Below, in pieces: positions 18,101 through 26,673 of a DNA stretch of 52,136 nt. How positions within the stretch are numbered: position 1 is the first letter of the stretch; the number at the start of each line of letters is the position of its first letter. Where the stretch lies: the NCBI GenBank assembly GCA_036479435.1, contig JAZGFI010000006.1, positions 1 to 52,136 on the forward strand, read 5' to 3'. A program made the translations under genes and the position numbers. Source of the DNA: Planctomycetota bacterium (lineage in GTDB: Bacteria; Planctomycetota; GCA-002687715; DRQF01). The notes under the pieces were generated by a model that saw only the letters and a list, made by a program, of their open reading frames with translations, was not told the DNA's origin and searched no databases.

Positions 18101-18152
18101 CGGCAAGCAACAAGGCGAACACGGCGAGACAAAGTTGACGAATGGCGATCAT
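15129..18152 (-). CDS. Large secreted protein with a transglutaminase-like core and TPR-like helical C-terminal half
   Basis: Signal peptide; GVCRGDCDDIAELY...PRHNALA...VYVLH; TPR-like YLELSGL...GQHGQAVGYLRKA; AGGA RBS. Confidence 0.7.
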   Translation of the reverse strand: MIAIRQLCLAVFALLLAAGGLRAQAGDADTLLEVLPKSPAFVRDGDALFLKSAQDQKFRVTGVDGDLRPSIRVGDSEIFVDLKVIERDHFAALDHVSDLLARAQKAEVGLAGIRLGWSLLAGPHLITSDHLIVKDAVLKAEAASDRADVDAELKAAVAKLKAMVESWGSPLARKAVKHLISRLPRHATSDDDDHVTPALARRVVENGWLRNYLGEAQEVKAVEAAVAASLRPRALATFRGEGREYQLLKDTFGRRLWVYRQPEMTTWAADAPEPDYARNAPSVKVIVKIAAGADPASAKILEAVAYVEDAELVRWNHQEGLLVEENTWRAHFPAKDRRRPQVLAGYLPPHLVVPSWTGGVRMLATVHGLVLPPQVGRPSEFLDQAAKALPDAAHLDLVGEYLFSYVNDSPDTRHPGLIGYEGAMGEIHQSVEQTLATAAGGVCRGDCDDIAELYQALAQRQGRLAHIMNVPRHNALAFAAQDAKEGWRVYVLHTGPPLEFKADKLPEALAAAYRHFGSLESVDPDALPVAIRFSGENTRSMWALGWRIFLHADYATTMIDVQRDWHYHTYARGFDKMKNLVASGDDDPANYLELSGLSERTGQHGQAVGYLRKAMAFGEDPALQTRLRLLGDLYELGDRKAIERELKIVDEKINALLRRRNPAVVSSSLNFAALAIMTGKDAVAGRKFVGEHLVRFAGPQLQFMLGTLKDNPKRFEEDPGLAEMRNFVRSFVSLVAETLRLDRDAAFADENMRLAMAHAETWISDIAFSDPDTKDTPALVDSIVGDYYEAAFGRPLFEAMLEKTGKPPASRVTTARAGTAGLVQSLAWTKASPYYWAGRLTRLFDEGHATFDQQLAARLSKEFKRTLDQGHPNAQQLQQQDETRRQVEFLLALVAGDAKAIRSHLEWVAEQDDKRRRDSVATSMGQAARFMTAKSWQTALGLFDEVLHHKPSYFAVAWEAVDGDAPQRGLEAAALAVIRFPQDTAFKEEGVFMQKLFAESPGLPIGN

Positions 18153-18227
18153 GGCCTGAGTTCCTAGGTTTCCAACTTCAGTGAACAGCGATCATAACAG
18201 CGTGAGGTTGCGGACAATTCCCGCGAT

Positions 18228-18833
18228 TCAAATCTTCAGGAGCTGAGCATCGTGATAGCGGGACAAAAACAGCAGTGCCGCGCTGGCACCGCAGAGCGCC
18301 ATGAACATGTCCCACTGAGAATCCCAGACATCGCCTTGGGTCCCCAGGAAATCCGTGGCACCACCGCTGGTCGCTAAAGCCGCCCACCATTCGATTAGTT
18401 CATAAAACGCGCTGAAGGCGAGGCAAATCGACACGACGATGAAAAACAGCCACTTCCCGCTCACCAGCGGCGATCGCCTCAAGAGGATTTCACGGGCCAA
18501 TATGGCTGGAACGAACCCCTGAGCCAAGTGGCCGATGCGGTCGTAGTGATTGCGTTCGAATCCAAAGAGATCTTGCATCCAAAACCCCAGCGGCACCCGG
18601 GCATAGGTGTAGTGCGCGCCCACGATCAGGATGATCGCGTGGACGAACAACAAGCGATACAGCAATGGTGTCAGCGGGAAGGCCCGCGCACTGCCGAGCA
18701 AAAGGGGAACACCCAAGAAAATCGGCGCCACTTCCATGCCCCAAGTGGCGAGATCGTGGACTCCGATCAAAGACCAAAGCATGGCCAAGGCGGTGAGAGC
18801 CAGGAGAATTAGGGGCTCGCGCAATGGCAGCAC
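18228..18833 (-). CDS. DUF2238 (YjdF-like) inner membrane protein
   Basis: GAHYTYARVPLG, RNHYDRIGH, YELIEWW and FLGTQGDVWDSQWDM signatures. Confidence 0.92.
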   Translation of the reverse strand: MLPLREPLILLALTALAMLWSLIGVHDLATWGMEVAPIFLGVPLLLGSARAFPLTPLLYRLLFVHAIILIVGAHYTYARVPLGFWMQDLFGFERNHYDRIGHLAQGFVPAILAREILLRRSPLVSGKWLFFIVVSICLAFSAFYELIEWWAALATSGGATDFLGTQGDVWDSQWDMFMALCGASAALLFLSRYHDAQLLKI

Positions 18834-18836
18834 TCG

Positions 18837-20534
18837 CTAGGCCGCGAGATAGATGACTAGGAAGGCCGCCAAGACGATAGCGATCCACAACACCGAGCCG
18901 CTCGTCGCCCAGGTGCGCGAGAAAAAGCCACCGGGGCCGCAGAGTCGGAGCACCAAAGTGTGACCTCCGTGCAGCAGGCCAAAGACGATGTCGAGGACGG
19001 CGGCATGGATCTCGGCGATGAACTTGCGCGCACGCCCGACTAGGGCCGGGCCTAGTTTGCGATAGGTCCAATCAAAGTCGAGGTTCGTCGACCGCAACTC
19101 CGCGGGGTAGACCTTGATCTTGACCAGGACCCAAAAGGCCAAGGCCGCGAAGAGCAACAGCTCAAGCTGCGATATCACATGCGCCATGGTGTAGGGCGCA
19201 TAGTCAACTTCGTAGGGCAAGATCCGGTACAAAAGACCGGGAGCGATGCCCAAGAGCAGGCAGATGAAGGCCGCGATTCCCATCGCGACGAGCATGTTCC
19301 AAGGGGCTTCTTTGACCTTCCAACCCTGGTCGTGGGCGAAGAAGCTAAAGAAAGGAACCTTGATGCCCGAGTGATCCACCACGCCGGCTGATGCAAAGAT
19401 CAAAACGATGTAGGTCAGCATCAAACCGCCTTCGCCCGCGGCGGACAAGATCAGCGACTTGCTCACAAACCCACTGAACAGGGGGAAAGCCGAGATCGAC
19501 ATGGCGCCGATGACGCAAAAGAGTGCCGTGAGAGGCATCGACTTGTAGAGCCCGCCCAACTCCGAAGCCTTCGTCGTGCCGGTGCGCGTCAAGACCGCGC
19601 CCATGGACATGAACAACAAGGATTTGTAGAGGATGTGGGCGAAAGCGTGCGCCGCGGTGCCGTTAAGCGACAATTCCGTGCCGATGCCGATGCCGACGAC
19701 CATGAACCCCAACTGGTTGTTGAGGCTGTAGGCGAGGACGCGGCGCAGATCGTTCTCGATCACCGCGAAGAAGATCGGGAACACGGTCATCGTGGCCCCA
19801 ATCCAGATCAAACAATCCGTACCCGCGAAGCCGCGAGCCAAGGCGTAGATCGCCAGCTTCGTCGTGAAAGCGCTAAGGAACACCGTGCCCGAAGGACTCG
19901 CCTGCGGGTAGGCATCTTGCAGCCAGTTGTGCAAGAGCGGAAACGCGGCCTTGATCCCGAAGGAAAAGAAGATGCACCAGCTTGCGGGCGAGCCGAGCTC
20001 CATGCGCTCGAAGGCCAAATCGCCGGTGGATTGATACTGCAGCACGGCGCCCGCGAGCAACAGCACGCCGGACATGACCTGGATGATCAGGTAGCGCATT
20101 CCACAGCGCAGGCGTTTTTCGCCGCCTGGAGCCCAAAGCAGAAACACCGAGGTGACCGCAGTGAGTTCCCAATAGACAAACAAGGTGACGAGGTCGCCCG
20201 CAAAAACCGCGGCAATCGCGGCACCTGCATAACTGAGAGCGGCAGTGTGCTCGAGCCTGCTTTTGACTTGCAAGGCGAACAGCGCACCGAGGAAAGCCGC
20301 GATGTGAAAGACGTATCCCCACACCAAGCTCAGCCGGTCGACGCGAACGAGTTCGAGCTGAGCGCCAAAGAGCTCAAGGCCCATGCTGCAGCCATCGCCC
20401 CAATACTGGAGCAGGTGCCAGAAACTCAAAGCTGGAAGTAGAAGCAGCGCGGACTGAAGAACACGTCCCTTCAAAAACGGCAGCACAAAGGCGCCGAGGA
20501 CGAGAATCAGTCCCGGAGGAAGACTAGCCATCAT
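18837..20534 (-). CDS. mrpD: Mrp/Mnh cation/H+ antiporter subunit D-type (third copy)
   Basis: Proton-antiporter membrane domain: WE, IKAAFPLLHNWL, AFTTK, LAYS, HILYKSLLFM. Confidence 0.9.
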   Translation of the reverse strand: MMASLPPGLILVLGAFVLPFLKGRVLQSALLLLPALSFWHLLQYWGDGCSMGLELFGAQLELVRVDRLSLVWGYVFHIAAFLGALFALQVKSRLEHTAALSYAGAAIAAVFAGDLVTLFVYWELTAVTSVFLLWAPGGEKRLRCGMRYLIIQVMSGVLLLAGAVLQYQSTGDLAFERMELGSPASWCIFFSFGIKAAFPLLHNWLQDAYPQASPSGTVFLSAFTTKLAIYALARGFAGTDCLIWIGATMTVFPIFFAVIENDLRRVLAYSLNNQLGFMVVGIGIGTELSLNGTAAHAFAHILYKSLLFMSMGAVLTRTGTTKASELGGLYKSMPLTALFCVIGAMSISAFPLFSGFVSKSLILSAAGEGGLMLTYIVLIFASAGVVDHSGIKVPFFSFFAHDQGWKVKEAPWNMLVAMGIAAFICLLLGIAPGLLYRILPYEVDYAPYTMAHVISQLELLLFAALAFWVLVKIKVYPAELRSTNLDFDWTYRKLGPALVGRARKFIAEIHAAVLDIVFGLLHGGHTLVLRLCGPGGFFSRTWATSGSVLWIAIVLAAFLVIYLAA

Positions 20535-20817
20535 AGTAGTCCTCCCCTCGCTTCAACCACCGGCGCAGATAGCTCGCGGTCAACACGATGAAGGTGTAGG
20601 CCAAAAAGCCAAATATCCCGAAGAACATCGGCCAGTGTTCGAAGCTGAAATAGCCGTGCTTGTGCATCAACAGATCAATGGGCAGCAAGATGGCACAGGC
20701 GATAAACAGACCTTTGACGATCTTGTTGATGTTGGCGGGTTTTTCGAACCACCCCGGAGGCGTCGATCCACCCGGTGCGCGTGCATCCTCTTTGGGGATG
20801 GGCGTTAAGTCAGACAT
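20524..20817 (-). CDS. Small two-TM membrane protein within the mrp operon (97 aa)
   Basis: TGATG overlap with the upstream mrpD; HKHGYFSFE..P.FFGIFGF...LKRGEDYY. Confidence 0.8.
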   Translation of the reverse strand: MSDLTPIPKEDARAPGGSTPPGWFEKPANINKIVKGLFIACAILLPIDLLMHKHGYFSFEHWPMFFGIFGFLAYTFIVLTASYLRRWLKRGEDYYDG

Positions 20818-22298
20818 CAACGACCCCCTCCCAGCATGCGGAGCGGGGCCAACAACAATTCGATTTTGCCCGCGAGGAAAAAGAGCGCCACGCTCATCAC
20901 CGCCGTGGTCACCAAGGCCATCAGGCAGGCAACGGGGGCCTCGACGATTTTGGTTTTTTCGCCCGGTGGCGTTTGCGGATCGGGAGCGAAGAATCCCCAC
21001 ACGGGGATGGGCATCAGGTAGGCGATGTTGAGCAGCGAACTGATCATCAAAGCCGCGAGCAAGGCCCACTGCTCGGCCTCGGCCGTGGCGAGAGCCAAGT
21101 ACCACTTGCTCCAGGCGCCTCCGCAGGGAGGCAGGCCAATCACCGCGATAGCGCCCACGAAAAAGGCCGCCATGGTGATGGGCATGCGCCGGCCAAGGCC
21201 GCGCATGTCGCTGATTTCAGTTTTGTGCGCGGCGACGATGAAGGCCCCGGCGCAAAAGAAGAGCGTGATCTTGCCAAAGGCGTGCATCGCGATGTGCAGG
21301 CTCGCCCCCATGATGCCGAGATCGTTGGCCAGCATAGCCCCCAGCACAATGTAGGAGAGCTGGCTCACAGTTGAGTAGGCGAGGCGTTCTTTTAGGTTGT
21401 CCTTGGTCATCGCGATGAGCGAGGCGGCGAGCATGGTGTAGCCCGCGACGTACATCAAGATGGTGCTGAGCCCCTGCTCATGCAAGAGATCAATACCAAA
21501 GATGTACAAGGTGACTTTCAATACGGTGAAGACACCCACCTTCACGACCGCAACGGCGTGCAGCAAGGCGGATACTGGAGTCGGCGCCACCATCGCGGCG
21601 GGTAGCCAGCGGTGAAAGGGCATCAACGCGGCTTTGCCGGTGCCAAAGATGTAAAGCATCAAGAGCGCCACCAAAACACCGCGACTCGCGCTGCCTTTGA
21701 GGATGCCGCCCGGCTCAAAATCCAAGGTGCCGGTGAGGTGGTAGGTCCACAAGATCGCCAGCAACATGAAGGCAATCGATCCGAAAATCAGAATGCCAAA
21801 GTAAATCCGACCGCCGCGCATGGCCTCTTTGGTGCCGTGATGGGTCACCAAAGGGTAGGTCAGCAGGGTCATGAGTTCGTAGAAGAAAAACAAGGTCAGC
21901 ATGTTGCCGGCAAAAGCGGCGCCGATTGCGGCGAAGATCGCGGCCGAGAAAAAGCAGAAGAACCTCGTTTGGTTCTTCTCATGATGACCGCGCATGTAGC
22001 CCGCGGCGTAGATTGTGGTCACCGACCACAAAGAAGATGCCACGAGCGCGAACAAAGCACCCAAGGGTTCAACTTTGAAGGCAATCGACAGGCCGGGCAC
22101 AAACTCGAACAAGCTGAAGGCCGGTCGCCCGCCCCAGTACACCTCTTTGGTGAGGTACACGACGATGGCGAAGAGAGCCAAGCCGCACAACACGGCCTGG
22201 CCTTCGCGCAAATTCGGGCGCGCGCTGAACAATAAGGTGCCGCCGACCGCCACGAGCGGCAACATGAGCGCCAGCTGAATCGCGAATTCGGGAGTCAT
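20817..22298 (-). CDS. mrpD: Mrp/Mnh antiporter subunit D family (second copy)
   Basis: KAALMPFHRWLPAAMVAPTPVSALLHAVAVVK, RLAYSTVSQLSY, HAFGKITLFF. Confidence 0.92.
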   Translation of the reverse strand: MTPEFAIQLALMLPLVAVGGTLLFSARPNLREGQAVLCGLALFAIVVYLTKEVYWGGRPAFSLFEFVPGLSIAFKVEPLGALFALVASSLWSVTTIYAAGYMRGHHEKNQTRFFCFFSAAIFAAIGAAFAGNMLTLFFFYELMTLLTYPLVTHHGTKEAMRGGRIYFGILIFGSIAFMLLAILWTYHLTGTLDFEPGGILKGSASRGVLVALLMLYIFGTGKAALMPFHRWLPAAMVAPTPVSALLHAVAVVKVGVFTVLKVTLYIFGIDLLHEQGLSTILMYVAGYTMLAASLIAMTKDNLKERLAYSTVSQLSYIVLGAMLANDLGIMGASLHIAMHAFGKITLFFCAGAFIVAAHKTEISDMRGLGRRMPITMAAFFVGAIAVIGLPPCGGAWSKWYLALATAEAEQWALLAALMISSLLNIAYLMPIPVWGFFAPDPQTPPGEKTKIVEAPVACLMALVTTAVMSVALFFLAGKIELLLAPLRMLGGGR

Positions 22299-23773
22299 GG
22301 ATGGCTCCCCAACAGCTCACTTGCGGCCTGCGAGGCAAAACCCACGGACCAAGACGTCGACAAGCCAAACCACAAAGACGCCCCAATCACCAGCAAAGTC
22401 GGAATGAGCAGGGGCAAGGGTGCCTCCCGCACGGTTTTGTGCGGATCGGCGGGTTCCTTCAGGTATAGGGTCTCGACAATGCGCCAGACGTAGACCACCG
22501 CGAGCAGCGAGCTCAGCAAGATCATGGCCGCCACCGGCCAGAGGCCGCGGTCAAAGGCACCGCTGACGAGGTACCACTTCGATACAAATCCAGCCGTCGT
22601 GGGCACCCCGATCAAGCCGAGTCCGCCCAAAGCGATCGCCAGCGAGGTGTAGGGCATCGTGCGCCCAGCGCCGCGAAGGTCATCGAGTTTTGAGCTGCCG
22701 TAGCGGTGCATCAAGCAACCGACGGCCAAAAAGAGCCCGCCCTTAGTAAGGGCGTGGTTAAACATGTGGACGATCGCACCCGTCAGGCCAGCCACGTTGG
22801 CAAGACTGGCACCGAGGACCATGTAGCCGATCTGCGCCACACTGGAATACGCCAGCAGTCGCTTCAGGTCGGTCTGGAAAATCGCCACCGCGGAAGCGAT
22901 GAACATGCCCGCAATGGCCAGCGGCATGAGGACAGCGTCGAGTGCCAACTGCCGAAACGCGAACGCCCCGCCAAAGATCGTAAAGACGAAGCGCAGGAAG
23001 ATGTAGACCGAGACTTTCGTGGCCGTCGAAGCTAAAAAGGCGGTGACGGCGCTGGGTGCGGATGCGTAGGCGTTTGGCAACCAAAAGTGCAAGGGAAAAA
23101 ACGCCATCTTCAGCGAGATACCAACGGTCAAAAAGGCGAAGGCCACCAAGACTGTGCGATGATGTTCGAGGGGCTGAATCTTCTCGGCCATCTCGGCCAT
23201 GTTCAGCGTACCGGTCATCATGTAGAGCAAACCGATCCCAATGAGGATGAAGGTCGCTCCGATCGTGCCGGTCACCAAGTACTGAAAAGCTGCGAGTAGA
23301 GCCCGTCGCCTACGGCCCAGACTGATGAGGGCGTAAGACGAAAGGGCTGAGATCTCTAAAAAGACGAACAGATTGAACATGTCGCCGGTCGCAGCGATGC
23401 CCATCAAGCCCGCCAGGCACAGCAAGAACACCGTGCCGAAGAGATAGGCTTGTCGCTCGTCGAGTTCCTTCGCGATGCTGCGCGTCGAGTAGGTCCCGAC
23501 TGCCGCACCCATCGCCGAAACAAACAAGATGACGAAAGCACCGAGCATGTCGATGCGATACTCGATGCCCCAGGGCGAGGGCCAATCGCCCAAACGGTAA
23601 ACCACCACGCCTTCGGTCACCACCCGGTGAATCAGGGCGATGGCCATGGCGAAGACGGCCCAAGTTACGGCGACGATGAATCCCAAGGCCGGCTTGCGAC
23701 CGCGCACCAAAAGGCAAAGGGGCGCCGCGATCAAAGGAACGATAATGGTGAGGGCGGGTAGGTGATGGCTCAT
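22295..23773 (-). CDS. mrpD: Mrp/Mnh antiporter subunit D family (first copy)
   Basis: GD.FNLFVFLEI, K.AFFPLHFWLPNAY, LKRLLAYSSVAQIGY, NHALTKGGLF. Confidence 0.92.
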   Translation of the reverse strand: MSHHLPALTIIVPLIAAPLCLLVRGRKPALGFIVAVTWAVFAMAIALIHRVVTEGVVVYRLGDWPSPWGIEYRIDMLGAFVILFVSAMGAAVGTYSTRSIAKELDERQAYLFGTVFLLCLAGLMGIAATGDMFNLFVFLEISALSSYALISLGRRRRALLAAFQYLVTGTIGATFILIGIGLLYMMTGTLNMAEMAEKIQPLEHHRTVLVAFAFLTVGISLKMAFFPLHFWLPNAYASAPSAVTAFLASTATKVSVYIFLRFVFTIFGGAFAFRQLALDAVLMPLAIAGMFIASAVAIFQTDLKRLLAYSSVAQIGYMVLGASLANVAGLTGAIVHMFNHALTKGGLFLAVGCLMHRYGSSKLDDLRGAGRTMPYTSLAIALGGLGLIGVPTTAGFVSKWYLVSGAFDRGLWPVAAMILLSSLLAVVYVWRIVETLYLKEPADPHKTVREAPLPLLIPTLLVIGASLWFGLSTSWSVGFASQAASELLGSHP

Positions 23774-24132
23774 GCGTCTTCCGCGTCCAGCGCTAGGATC
23801 TCATCTTCTTCAACCGTGCCGTAGGCTTCTTTGATCCGCACGATCAAGGCCAATGCCACCGAGGTCGTCGCAACGCCCACGACAATCGCGGTCAGCATCA
23901 AGACACTTGGCAAGGGATTGGAGTAGATGTCAAATCCCTCTTTGAGCACCGGGGCGGTACCGCCGTCGACTTTGCCCATTGAGACGTAGAGCAGGATGAC
24001 CGAAGCCTGGAAGATGTTTAGCCCGATGACCTTCTTCACGAGATGCCCGCGGGCGATCACGATGTAGAAACCGGTCATCATCAAAAAGATGACGATCCAG
24101 TAGTTAAACAGGCCAAAAAAGGTATCCATCAC
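23770..24132 (-). CDS. mrpC: Mrp/Mnh antiporter subunit C
   Basis: KKVIGL, NPLPSVLMLTAIVVG. Confidence 0.93.
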   Translation of the reverse strand: MMDTFFGLFNYWIVIFLMMTGFYIVIARGHLVKKVIGLNIFQASVILLYVSMGKVDGGTAPVLKEGFDIYSNPLPSVLMLTAIVVGVATTSVALALIVRIKEAYGTVEEDEILALDAEDA

Positions 24133-24554
24133 CTACGCCCCCGCGATGCCAGTGCGTAAAAGATGGCAATCATCGCGTGCGACACCGTGATGCCCACACC
24201 GAGTTCGATCAACAACAAACCCAAGTGCTGTCCGTGGATGGGATGCGCGGGCGACAGGGCGTTGTAGGCAAGGAAGTTTCCGCCGAACAACATGCAGGCG
24301 ACGCCGACTCCGGCGTAAACCAACACGCCGAGGGCGATCATGGTTTCAACGAAGATGGGAGGCACGACTCGCATCGCATTCTTCAACCCGAAGATCAAAG
24401 CGTACAACACAATGCCGGAGGCGTAGATGACGCCCGCTTGAAAACCGCCGCCTGGCCCAAAGTCGCCGTGAAACTGGACGTAGAACGCGAAAAGTAAGAT
24501 GTAGGGAATGAGCAGCTTGCCGGCGGCAACGCGGAGAATGGTGTGTTGTTTCAC
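24129..24554 (-). CDS. mrpB: Mrp/Mnh antiporter subunit B
   Basis: HGDFGPGGGFQAG, IELGVG. Confidence 0.93.
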   Translation of the reverse strand: MKQHTILRVAAGKLLIPYILLFAFYVQFHGDFGPGGGFQAGVIYASGIVLYALIFGLKNAMRVVPPIFVETMIALGVLVYAGVGVACMLFGGNFLAYNALSPAHPIHGQHLGLLLIELGVGITVSHAMIAIFYALASRGRR

Positions 24555-25132
24555 GCCTCGTTCTCCTCGTCGTCAAACACCTCGACGACTTCGTCGTCTT
24601 CGCGCCGTCTAAGTAGCATCAAGACGGTGACCGCTGCGGTAAAGACCACGACGGTTTCTCCAAAAGTGTCGTAGCCCCGGTAGCTGCCGAGAACGCCCGT
24701 CACGATGTTCGGAACGTCGATTTCTTTGGGGGTCGTCTCAAGGTAGCTCGGGTCGGGATGGACGTGAATCGGAGCTCCGGGGTCGCCGTAGTGTGGCATG
24801 TCCAAAGTGCCATAGACCAGCACCATTCCCGTCAAGGTGACCACAACCAAGGCCGTGATCGGTCGTTTGCGACTCGGCTGAACTGATTCGCCACCCACCA
24901 ATGCGAGCGTGCCCAGCATCAACACCGTCGAGAGTCCCGCCCCCACCGCCGCTTCAGTGAAAGCAACATCCGGGGCGTCGAGCCACAGCATCCAAGTCGC
25001 GCCTAGCAGGCTGAAGATGCCGGTTAGCATCACGGCGGGCCACAGACTTCGCATGCGGACGATCAGCACGGCCGTCGCAACCAAGAGTGCGAGGATCAAA
25101 ACATGAGCGTGCTCGCCCAAAAACAGCATCAC
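24551..25132 (-). CDS. DUF4040/MnhB-related antiporter subunit (equivalent to the MrpA C-terminal part)
   Basis: APDVAFTEAAVGAG, PNIVT.VL.SYRGYDTFGE. Confidence 0.9.
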   Translation of the reverse strand: MMLFLGEHAHVLILALLVATAVLIVRMRSLWPAVMLTGIFSLLGATWMLWLDAPDVAFTEAAVGAGLSTVLMLGTLALVGGESVQPSRKRPITALVVVTLTGMVLVYGTLDMPHYGDPGAPIHVHPDPSYLETTPKEIDVPNIVTGVLGSYRGYDTFGETVVVFTAAVTVLMLLRRREDDEVVEVFDDEENEA

Positions 25133-25458
25133 TCCTCCGATCGTTCTGGCCTCCCATCATGGAGCAGAGGCTCAACACCTCGGGCCAAAGCCGACTTCGC
25201 CAGTGCGTGGGCGGCCGTTGGGCTCGTCACTAAAAAGAGGAAGAAGATCATGAAGAGTTTCACAAGGGCCAGCGTCAGGCCAGCTTGAAACGCGAGCCCC
25301 AGCAGAATGAGAAAGGCGCCCATCGTGTCGATGATGCTGGCCGCGTGCATGCGCGTGTAGATATCGGGAAAGCGCAAGATTCCCAGCGCCCCGATGATCA
25401 AAAAGGCCCCACCCGCGATGAAGCAAAACCAGCTCAGGATGTCACACAAGACCGTCAT
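25129..25458 (-). CDS. mrpG: Mrp/Mnh antiporter subunit G
   Basis: G.LRFPDIYTRMHAAS, TSPTAAHALA. Confidence 0.93.
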   Translation of the reverse strand: MTVLCDILSWFCFIAGGAFLIIGALGILRFPDIYTRMHAASIIDTMGAFLILLGLAFQAGLTLALVKLFMIFFLFLVTSPTAAHALAKSALARGVEPLLHDGRPERSEE

Positions 25459-25748
25459 GAGGCCTCGTCTCCAGCCCCGTCAAGTCCCGTCTCCTTCTCG
25501 AAGAACCCGTACTTGGAAAAGCGGAGAACTGCGATGACGCCGATGAAATTGATCAAGGCGTAAACCAAGCCGAGGTCTAAGAAATCCGGGCGGCCCGACA
25601 TGAAGGCAAAAACCGAAATCAACAACACGGTCACGGTGCCGAAGCTATTCAAAGCTAGAATTCGATCGAAAACCGTTGGGCCCCATCCCGCCCTAATTAA
25701 GAGCATGAACAAAGTCGTAACCGTAGCGGCGACCGCGACCAAGTACAT
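25455..25748 (-). CDS. mrpF: Mrp/Mnh antiporter subunit F
   Basis: GPTVFDRILA, LD..LVYALINF. Confidence 0.93.
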   Translation of the reverse strand: MYLVAVAATVTTLFMLLIRAGWGPTVFDRILALNSFGTVTVLLISVFAFMSGRPDFLDLGLVYALINFIGVIAVLRFSKYGFFEKETGLDGAGDEAS

Positions 25749-26251
25749 CAGTCGCCTCCCTCAATCGCAGCCGTGACTTTTTTGTCCATGATGCCCTCTT
25801 TGAGCCAACGGGCTGAGCGCCGCGACAGGGCGTGAACAACCAGTGTGTTGCCTTCGACGCCAACGGTCAGGGTACCCGGCGTCAAGGTGATGGAGTTCGC
25901 ATACATCGTGCGCCCAAGGTCCGTCTTCTGCCCCATCTCGATGCGAATGATGTCGGGTTGCACCGGAATCTCTGGATGCAAAATGCGCTGGGCCACCTTC
26001 AAGTTCGAGCTGAAGATCTCGCCCATCAACCAAAAGCCGAGCCGGGGAAAACGCGGCACCAAAGCCAGCAGGTCGCCCTCGCGATCCACCAACCCCATGC
26101 GAAAAGATAAAAAGACCACCACCACGACCGATGCCAGCCCAAATCCCAAGGTGAGGGGAAGGAAGTAGCCCGACCAAAGCAGCCAAACGCCACCTAAAGT
26201 CACGGTCAATGACACGACGCTAGAGATCTTATTTTGTGATCGAAAACTCAA
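25748..26251 (-). CDS. mrpE: Mrp/Mnh antiporter subunit E
   Basis: WLLWSG, ANSITLTPGT, VHAL; start uncertain (TTG 26251 follows a purine-rich tract). Confidence 0.9.
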   Translation of the reverse strand: MSFRSQNKISSVVSLTVTLGGVWLLWSGYFLPLTLGFGLASVVVVVFLSFRMGLVDREGDLLALVPRFPRLGFWLMGEIFSSNLKVAQRILHPEIPVQPDIIRIEMGQKTDLGRTMYANSITLTPGTLTVGVEGNTLVVHALSRRSARWLKEGIMDKKVTAAIEGGD

Positions 26252-26381
26252 TCCCCGCCCCTTCCCAACGATCCTTCTAAAGCGTGATCGAACGCAGAGC
26301 CGCGCCGACCTGAGCGAAATCATAAAGTCTTGCCCTATCCCGTCTACCGACGATCGGCCCTCGCCTCAGCCCGACCGTCAC

Positions 26382-26409
26382 TTGCATATCTTTTGAGCAA
26401 CAATACACT
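26382..26409 (+). promoter_or_regulatory. Putative sigma-70 promoter TTGCAT-N16-TACACT
   Basis: AT-rich patch in the divergent mrpE / HEAT-VWA intergenic region. Confidence 0.4.
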
Positions 26410-26673
26410 TACTATAAGTAGCAACTCTCGTCCAAAAGGTGGGTCGGGCCTTTCTCGGCGACACAAAAACACAGAAGCCAATGCAAATGCCGATCATCGC
26501 GACGAAAGGGCGCCGCCAACAAGATGGTGCAACCTTCCCGCGCGGTCATCCCCGAGGTCAATTTCCTTGTTTCGGCGATCGAGTCTCCGGGAAATTCTGA
26601 AGCCTATTCGTAGCGGCAGGCGGCATCGCTAAGCTACAAACTCTCGCCGAAAGATTCATGGAACCCCCACCCA

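Noticed and set aside
26415..26673. Riboswitch (for example c-di-GMP or Na+) between mrpE and the HEAT-VWA gene
   Set aside because: Only scattered GCAAA/GAAA words; I could not build the required stems.
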